Shown here: positions 58,158-64,000 of the stretch, in pieces | Layout of the letters: every line of letters starts with the position of its first letter | How positions within the stretch are numbered: the first letter of the stretch is position 1 | Assembly: GCA_963762145.1 (NCBI GenBank) | Contig: CAVXJS010000009.1 | Location: 256,001-320,000 of the forward strand | Length of the DNA stretch: 64,000 bases | Source: an uncultured Candidatus Rokubacteria bacterium | GTDB lineage: Bacteria > Methylomirabilota > Methylomirabilia > Rokubacteriales > CSP1-6 | Direction of reading: 5' to 3' | The notes under the pieces: generated by a model | Database searches by the model: none | The model's input: the letters and a program-made list of their open reading frames with translations, nothing else | Told to the model about the DNA's origin: nothing | Program-made: the position numbers and the translations under genes

Positions 58158-59087
58158 ATGCCCTCGCGCTGGCGGTCGGTCTGCATCGTCATGACACCCG
58201 GCTCCGGCGAGGGCCGGGCGCGCGGCGTCGCGCGGCGGCTCGGCCGCCTTCTCCGCCGCCGGGGTGCAACGGTCAGCGTCCAGGCGTTCGACGACTTGCC
58301 CTCGCTCACGCGCTGGGCCCAGACCTGCGGGCCGGAGTTCGAGGCGATCTGCTGCGTCGGCGGCGACGCCACCCAGAGCGCCGCCGCGGTGCTGGCCCGG
58401 CGTCACCGGATCCCGTTCGTGCCGATCCCGACCGGCTTCGGCAATCTCTTCGCCGGCGTCTTCGGCTACCCGTCCTCGGCCCGCGGGGCGGCGCGGCTCC
58501 TGGACGAGGGCGAGGTCCGGCTGGTGGACGTGGGGCTCGTGGGCGACGAGCTCTTCCTGTCCCACAAGAGCTACGGGTTCCTCGACCAGGTCCAGGAGGC
58601 GGTGGAAGATGGCCGCCGCCAGCCGCGCGATCGCATCTGGCGCCTGCTCGCCTACTACGGCACCGCGGTCCGAGCGGTCTGGAGCACGCCGCTCCCCCCG
58701 CTCGGCGTCGAGGTGGATGGGGCGCTGGTGGCGGACCAGGCCGTGCTCGTCACGGTGGCCAACGTGGAGACCTACCGCGACTTCCTGAGCCTCACCCCCA
58801 CCGCCTCGCCCATCGACGGGCGCCTCGACGTGTTCGTGATCCCGCGGACCTCGAAGTGGGGCCTCGCGTGGCGCCTGATCCGCCTCAAGCTGCGCCTGCC
58901 CGGCCGCTGGACCGGCGTGTCGATCTACCGCGGGCGCGAGGTGGTGGTCGTGAGCGCGGCCGGCCGCGAGACGCTACGGGTGGTGCGAGGGGTGCTTCCC
59001 CTGCTGCTGCCCCGGGGCGCGGTCGAGCAGCTCAAGCAGCGTCAGCGCGAGGGTGAGGAAGAGGTGCCGCTCGACACGGTGGCCTGA
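58158..59087 (+). CDS. Diacylglycerol kinase (DAGK_cat) family protein
   Basis: TPGSG, VGGDAT, PTGFGNL, DGRLDV. Confidence 0.82.
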   Translation: MPSRWRSVCIVMTPGSGEGRARGVARRLGRLLRRRGATVSVQAFDDLPSLTRWAQTCGPEFEAICCVGGDATQSAAAVLARRHRIPFVPIPTGFGNLFAGVFGYPSSARGAARLLDEGEVRLVDVGLVGDELFLSHKSYGFLDQVQEAVEDGRRQPRDRIWRLLAYYGTAVRAVWSTPLPPLGVEVDGALVADQAVLVTVANVETYRDFLSLTPTASPIDGRLDVFVIPRTSKWGLAWRLIRLKLRLPGRWTGVSIYRGREVVVVSAAGRETLRVVRGVLPLLLPRGAVEQLKQRQREGEEEVPLDTVA

Positions 59088-60046
59088 GCGCCGGGGCGCT
59101 TGGTCCACCAGCCCATGGCCGCCAGCACGAGCATGCCGATCGCGATCCACACGAGCTGACGCGCCCGGCGCACGAAGCTGAAGGCGAGACCGGCGCCCGC
59201 TCCGAGCCCCATGGCCTCGAACGCAGCCGCGTTGGCGCTCTCGAAGGCGCCGAGGCTCGCGGGCACCAGGAAAGTGGCGAAGCGTACCCCCGCGCCGAGG
59301 GCCTCGATCACGGTGGCGGTCACGAGATCGGCGGGGATGCCCAGGAAGAAGAGGATCACGAAGGCCTCGACGGCTCCGAGCAGCCAGCCGGCCAGGTGAA
59401 AGGTGGTGGACCACGCGAGCCGCCGCCAGTCGCGCCGGTAATAGTCGCGCAGGGCGACGTCGAGCCGCTGGGCGTAGTCGCCGGGCGTCACCACCCCGAA
59501 CCACTCGAGCAGCCGGCCCGCGCGTCCCACGATCCCCGCGACCTGGACCCCGACGAAGCCGGCCACCGCCGCCACCTCGACGACGAGCAGCCAGAGCATC
59601 GCCCCGATCAGGCGCGAGTCGGTGGCGAGCATGGTCCAGGCGAGCGCGATCCCGATCAGGAGGAAGAGGGCCTGCGCGATGGTGCTGGTGGTCTTGGCGA
59701 TCACCACCGAGGGCACGCTCTGCTCGTACGTGACGTCGCGGCGGATGAGCCATGCCTTCACGGCCTCGCCGCCCATCGAGCCGAGCGCGGTCACCAGGTT
59801 GAGGGCCTCGCCGGCCAGGCGCGCGCCGTAGAGACGGTGAAACGGCGCCGGGGCGCTCGGGAAGGCGAAGCGCCAGCCCAGGGTGTCCACCGCCATGATC
59901 GCCGCATAGGGCAGGCAGACCAGCACGAGCTGCCACCACGTGAGGCGGGCCAGTGCCTCGAGAATCGGGGCCGGGCCGATGTGGTACACCGACGCCGCGA
60001 TCGCCACGATCCCGAGCACCAGCAGGACGGCCTTCAGTCGGCGCAT
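59042..60046 (-). CDS. Lysylphosphatidylglycerol synthase TM / flippase-like membrane protein
   Basis: GEALN, MGGEAVK, VPASLGAFE, multiple TMs. Confidence 0.82.
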   Translation of the reverse strand: MRRLKAVLLVLGIVAIAASVYHIGPAPILEALARLTWWQLVLVCLPYAAIMAVDTLGWRFAFPSAPAPFHRLYGARLAGEALNLVTALGSMGGEAVKAWLIRRDVTYEQSVPSVVIAKTTSTIAQALFLLIGIALAWTMLATDSRLIGAMLWLLVVEVAAVAGFVGVQVAGIVGRAGRLLEWFGVVTPGDYAQRLDVALRDYYRRDWRRLAWSTTFHLAGWLLGAVEAFVILFFLGIPADLVTATVIEALGAGVRFATFLVPASLGAFESANAAAFEAMGLGAGAGLAFSFVRRARQLVWIAIGMLVLAAMGWWTKRPGAQATVSSGTSSSPSR

Positions 60047-60120
60047 GCAGAAGAATGGTACAACTTCCATGCCACCCCGAGCCCCCACCGGAGACTGGAC
60101 CTCTGTGGCATGATCGAGAT

Positions 60121-60786
60121 GTGAAACGCGTCATCCGCTACCGGCTCACCGCGGGCGCGTGTGGGCTCCTGGCCGCCTATCTGGTCCTGGCGCTCGCGGC
60201 CGCCCAGCAGCAGTTCCTGCCCCTCGACCGCACCGTGCGGGAGTGGGTGCAGCCGATGCGGAACGGCTGGCTCGACATTTCGATGCAGGCGGTCTCGTTC
60301 CTGGGCGAGCCGGCCGGAATGATCCCGCTGATCCTCATCACCTCGGCCCTCCTGTGGCGTGCGAACCGGCGCTGGGCGCTGCTCCTGCCCGTGCTCATGG
60401 CCGGCACCGGGGTGCTCCAGCTCGTGGGCAAGTGGGCCGCCGATCGGCCGCGGCCGAACGCGGCCCCGTGGGGCTTCCCGAGCGGCCACGTGCTGAGCCT
60501 GGCCGTCTTCTTCGGCATCATGGCGTTCCTGCTCGTGACGCTCTCCGAGCGCCGCCGGCGCTGGCGGGTCTCGGCCTGTCTCGCGTGCGGCGCCGCGATC
60601 GGTCTGGTCGCGGCGAGCCGCATCTACCTCGACATGCACTGGCTCTCCGACGTGATCGGCGGCTTCACCCTGGGCACCGCCTACCTCCTGATCGCCATCG
60701 GCGCGGCCCAGGCCCTCGCCCGCCGCGCCGAGCGCCCGCCGGCCGTCCCGGTACCCGAGTCGCTGGACGCCGCCCCGCCCGCGTGA
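60121..60786 (+). CDS. PAP2 family phosphatase
   Basis: K...RPRP, FPSGH, SRIYLDMHWLSDV. Confidence 0.9.
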   Translation: MKRVIRYRLTAGACGLLAAYLVLALAAAQQQFLPLDRTVREWVQPMRNGWLDISMQAVSFLGEPAGMIPLILITSALLWRANRRWALLLPVLMAGTGVLQLVGKWAADRPRPNAAPWGFPSGHVLSLAVFFGIMAFLLVTLSERRRRWRVSACLACGAAIGLVAASRIYLDMHWLSDVIGGFTLGTAYLLIAIGAAQALARRAERPPAVPVPESLDAAPPA

Positions 60787-61931
60787 CGACCCCGCGGGCC
60801 GACGTGGTGGGCAGTCTCCTCCGCCCGGCCTATCTGCGCGAGGCGCGCCAGGGTGCGCGCGAGGGGCGCGTGACGGCCGAAGCGCTGCGGGCGGCCGAGG
60901 ACCGCGCGGTCCACGCCGCCATCGCGCTCCAGGAAGCGGCCGGCCTCGACGTGATCACCGACGGCGAGCTGCGCCGCTCCTCCTGGGTCATCACGATCCC
61001 GCTCCGCGAGGAGGGCGCAGCCCGCGCGCCGCTCGCCGGCTTCGAGTTCCTGCCCGCGGATCCGGGCTGGTGGTCGCTCTGGAAGGAGCCGGACGGCCGG
61101 CGCGCCCAGGTCTGGACCAATCCCACGCGGCCCTTCGTCACCCGCCCGATCGAGGTCGTGCGCGACGTGGTCTCCGACGAGTACGCGTTCCTCAAGGCCC
61201 ACGCGCGCGCGCGCACCAAGTTCACGATCCCCTCCCCGAGCTGGCACCGCATCTTCTGGCATCGCGAGTACTCGGGCGCCGCCTACCCGACCCCGGAGGA
61301 TTTCCTGCGCGCGATCGCGCGCTACCTGCGGGAGCGGGTGGTGCCGCGGATCATCGCCCTGGGCGGCGACTACATCCAGATGGACGCGCCCAACTACGCC
61401 CAGTGGCACGTGGATCGCGACAACCGCGCCGCCTTCGAGGGGTGGGGCCACGACATGGCGGCCGAGCTCGTGGCCGACGCGGAGATCGACGACAGCGTCT
61501 TCGAGGGCGTCCGCGGCGTGACCCGGGCGATTCACATCTGCCGCGGCAATGCCCCGGGCGGCCGATGGCTCGCCAACGGCGGCTACGAATCCATCGCGGC
61601 GCAGGTCTTCCCGCGCCTCACGCGGTACGACCGGCTGCTGCTCGAGTACGACACCCCCCGCGCGGGCGACTTCGGCCCGCTCCGCCACGCGCGCCCGGAG
61701 GCCACCGTCGTGCTCGGGCTGCTGACCACCAAGGAGGGCGCACTCGAGGACGCGGCCGCGGTGGAGGCGCGCCTGCGCGAGGCGGCGCGCCACGTGCCGC
61801 TCGAGCGCCTGGCCCTGAGCCCGCAGTGCGGGTTCGCCTCCGGCGAGGCGGGCAATCCCCTCACGCCGGAGCAGCAGGAAGCGAAGCTCCGGCGCGTGGC
61901 GACCATCGCCCGGCGGGTCTGGCCGGGCTAG
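60783..61931 (+). CDS. Cobalamin-independent methionine synthase II family protein
   Basis: VGSLLRP, ITDGELRR, HICRGN, LEYD, SPQCGFAS. Confidence 0.88.
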   Translation: MTTPRADVVGSLLRPAYLREARQGAREGRVTAEALRAAEDRAVHAAIALQEAAGLDVITDGELRRSSWVITIPLREEGAARAPLAGFEFLPADPGWWSLWKEPDGRRAQVWTNPTRPFVTRPIEVVRDVVSDEYAFLKAHARARTKFTIPSPSWHRIFWHREYSGAAYPTPEDFLRAIARYLRERVVPRIIALGGDYIQMDAPNYAQWHVDRDNRAAFEGWGHDMAAELVADAEIDDSVFEGVRGVTRAIHICRGNAPGGRWLANGGYESIAAQVFPRLTRYDRLLLEYDTPRAGDFGPLRHARPEATVVLGLLTTKEGALEDAAAVEARLREAARHVPLERLALSPQCGFASGEAGNPLTPEQQEAKLRRVATIARRVWPG

Positions 61932-61941
61932 CGCGGGCGAG

Positions 61942-63021
61942 TCAGCGCGCCGCGGCGGCGGGCTGGGCGATGCCGCCGCGCACCGCGCCACCCTTGATGC
62001 TGCCCCAGAGCGTCTCGAAGCCGTCGGGGAGCGGGCGACTGTTGGGCGGGGCCAGCCAGAGGCGCATGAGCAGCCGGTCGTGACCGGGCTCGGGAGCGTC
62101 CTCGTAGGCGGTGCGGCCGTGGTAGATCACGTGGTTGTTCAGGAGCTGGATGTCGCCCGGCTCGAGCTCCATCTCGTAGCCCAGCTCGTCGCAGACGGTG
62201 GCCAGCAGGTCGAGCGCCTCGTCCTGGGCGGGGGTCATCCGCGGGACGGTCGCGATCTTCTGCGCCGCCTCCACGAACGTGCGCGAGTACTGGGTCGTGA
62301 ACTTGCCGTCGCGCATCGCGAAGATCGGCATCGCGTAGATCGAGGCTTCCCCGCCCGCTTCCTCGCCCTGGCGGGTGCGGTGGTAGTCGGAGCACAGCAG
62401 CGCGTGCAGATCGGGCCGCCGCTCGAGGATGGCGTTGCTCACCGCGGGCACGCTGACCACCCGGCTGGTGCCGCCGCGGCGGGCCGAGCGCACGCAGAGC
62501 AGCCCGACCACGTCGCAGCGGTCGGTGTGCCAGCGCAGCGGCCCGCTCGAGCGCGCCTTGGCGCGCGAGGTGACGCCCTCGCCCTTCGGGACCGCGGGCT
62601 GCACCACCTCACCGTAGAGCCGGACCTCGTCGCGCACCTCCCCGATGAGCTCGCCGTGCGCGTTCTGATGCACCGCCGTGCCCAGGTGGCAGCCGAGTCC
62701 CCACCAGATCGCGCGCAGCTCATCGTCGCGGTAGCGCTCGACCGGCAGGCCGCGCAGGAGGACGAGACCGCGTCCCCACTCGAGGTCGCGGTTGACCTGG
62801 GCCAGCTCCGCGGAGACGCCGGGCAGCGGGAAGTCCTTCTTCCGGATGTCCCGCCACTCGAGCCCGCGCGCCTGGACCGCCCGCAGGGCCGCGTCGATCT
62901 CCGCCGCCGCGGCGGCGGAGAAGCGGTGAATCCACTCCGTCGAGCGGGCCAGGTCCCGGCCGTGCCAGACCATCGGCCCCGCGATCGGCCGCTCCATCAG
63001 CGTGCGTGCCATCGGGATCAA
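61942..63021 (-). CDS. TauD/TfdA family Fe/2OG dioxygenase
   Basis: WHTD (HxD), GDIQLLNN, HGRT, RLLMRLW. Confidence 0.88.
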   Translation of the reverse strand: MIPMARTLMERPIAGPMVWHGRDLARSTEWIHRFSAAAAAEIDAALRAVQARGLEWRDIRKKDFPLPGVSAELAQVNRDLEWGRGLVLLRGLPVERYRDDELRAIWWGLGCHLGTAVHQNAHGELIGEVRDEVRLYGEVVQPAVPKGEGVTSRAKARSSGPLRWHTDRCDVVGLLCVRSARRGGTSRVVSVPAVSNAILERRPDLHALLCSDYHRTRQGEEAGGEASIYAMPIFAMRDGKFTTQYSRTFVEAAQKIATVPRMTPAQDEALDLLATVCDELGYEMELEPGDIQLLNNHVIYHGRTAYEDAPEPGHDRLLMRLWLAPPNSRPLPDGFETLWGSIKGGAVRGGIAQPAAAAR

Positions 63022-63077
63022 GGCTAGCCGACACGGCCTCGCGTCCGCAAGCCCGGGTAGCTTAGAATCGCGCCATC

Positions 63078-63941
63078 ATGGCCGGGCCGCGCGGCAGGTT
63101 GGTGGTCGGCGTGCTGGCAACACTGCTCGCCGCCTGCGCCGGACCCGTTTCGGACGGGGTCATGACCACCAGCGCGCCCAACGGCGCCCGGGAGCAGATT
63201 CCGGTCGCGATCGAGAAGCCCGACGGCCCGGGGCCCTTCCCCGCGGTGGTCATCCTGCACGACTGCAGCGGTCTGGGACCCCGTTCCAGCGGCGCCCCGG
63301 CGCGCTGGGCCCGGGAGCTGAGCGCCCAGGGCTACGTCATCCTGATCCCCGACAGCTTCACCACCCGGGGCCATCCGGACGGCGTCTGCACCGCCGCCTC
63401 CCCGAGCCGGGGCGAGGTGGCGCCGAGCCGCCGCGTGCGCGACGCGTACGCGGCGCTCGCCCACGCCCGCGCGCTCCCGTACGTGGACGGCCGACGCGTG
63501 GGCCTGATGGGCGGCTCGCACGGCGGGTCGACCACCCTCGCCTCGATGGCCGCGCCCGAGCGCGCGGGCTTCGCGGCGGCGGTGGCGCTCTACCCGGGCT
63601 GCGGGACCACGCTCGGGGCCTGGCGCGCGGACGGGACCGGGATCTACCGCGCGGCGGCGCCGGTGCTGATCCTGATCGGCGAGAAAGATGACTGGACGCC
63701 GGCCGCGCCATGCGTGAAGCTTGCGGCGTCCTCGCAAGGGACGGAGCATCCGGTCACGATCACGGTCTACCCGGGCGCGCATCACTCCTTCGACAGCGAC
63801 CGCCCGGTGCGCTTCGTGGCCGCCCGGGTGAACAGCAATGCGCGCGGCGGGCGAGGCGCCACCACCGGCGGTGACGGCACCGCCTGGGCCGACAGCATTC
63901 GCCGGGTGACCGCATTTTTCGGAGCGCACCTCAAGCCCTGA
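63078..63941 (+). CDS. Dienelactone hydrolase family lipoprotein
   Basis: Lipobox LAAC, HDCSG, GGSHGG, GEKDDW, YPGAHHSFD. Confidence 0.88.
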   Translation: MAGPRGRLVVGVLATLLAACAGPVSDGVMTTSAPNGAREQIPVAIEKPDGPGPFPAVVILHDCSGLGPRSSGAPARWARELSAQGYVILIPDSFTTRGHPDGVCTAASPSRGEVAPSRRVRDAYAALAHARALPYVDGRRVGLMGGSHGGSTTLASMAAPERAGFAAAVALYPGCGTTLGAWRADGTGIYRAAAPVLILIGEKDDWTPAAPCVKLAASSQGTEHPVTITVYPGAHHSFDSDRPVRFVAARVNSNARGGRGATTGGDGTAWADSIRRVTAFFGAHLKP

Positions 63942-64000
63942 CAGGAGGTGTCGGTGGCCGCTTCCGGGTCCGCGCGCTGGGCATGGCTCGCCGCCGTGAC

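Overview
Very GC-rich bacterial chromosome segment. Gene content and repeat style suggest Candidatus Rokubacteria/Methylomirabilota (inference, not verified). About 60 mostly metabolic or envelope genes, with no rRNA, tRNA or CRISPR array seen. Scattered single-base frameshifts in otherwise intact genes look like long-read indel errors. Highlights: (1) an intact IS110/IS621-type element whose bridge-RNA target and donor guides, CT cores, circle-junction promoter and REP-hairpin target can all be read from the sequence; (2) a membrane-anchored trypsin-like protease-rhodanese fusion that reads through an in-frame TGA in a CxU motif followed by a SECIS-like hairpin (likely selenoprotein, truncated in the ORF track); (3) a cobalt nitrile hydratase operon whose activator carries an extra Cys-rich thioredoxin-like ferredoxin domain; (4) a Rho homolog lacking the N-terminal RNA-binding domain, with an Arg/QG low-complexity tail instead; (5) a lower-GC island with a PEP-CTERM protein, a FeeM-like N-acyl amino acid synthase, a VAO/PCMH flavoprotein and an orphan PEP-CTERM tail; (6) a class II ribonucleotide reductase with two inteins at catalytic cysteines; (7) several families of structured intergenic repeats, one with clear compensatory covariation.
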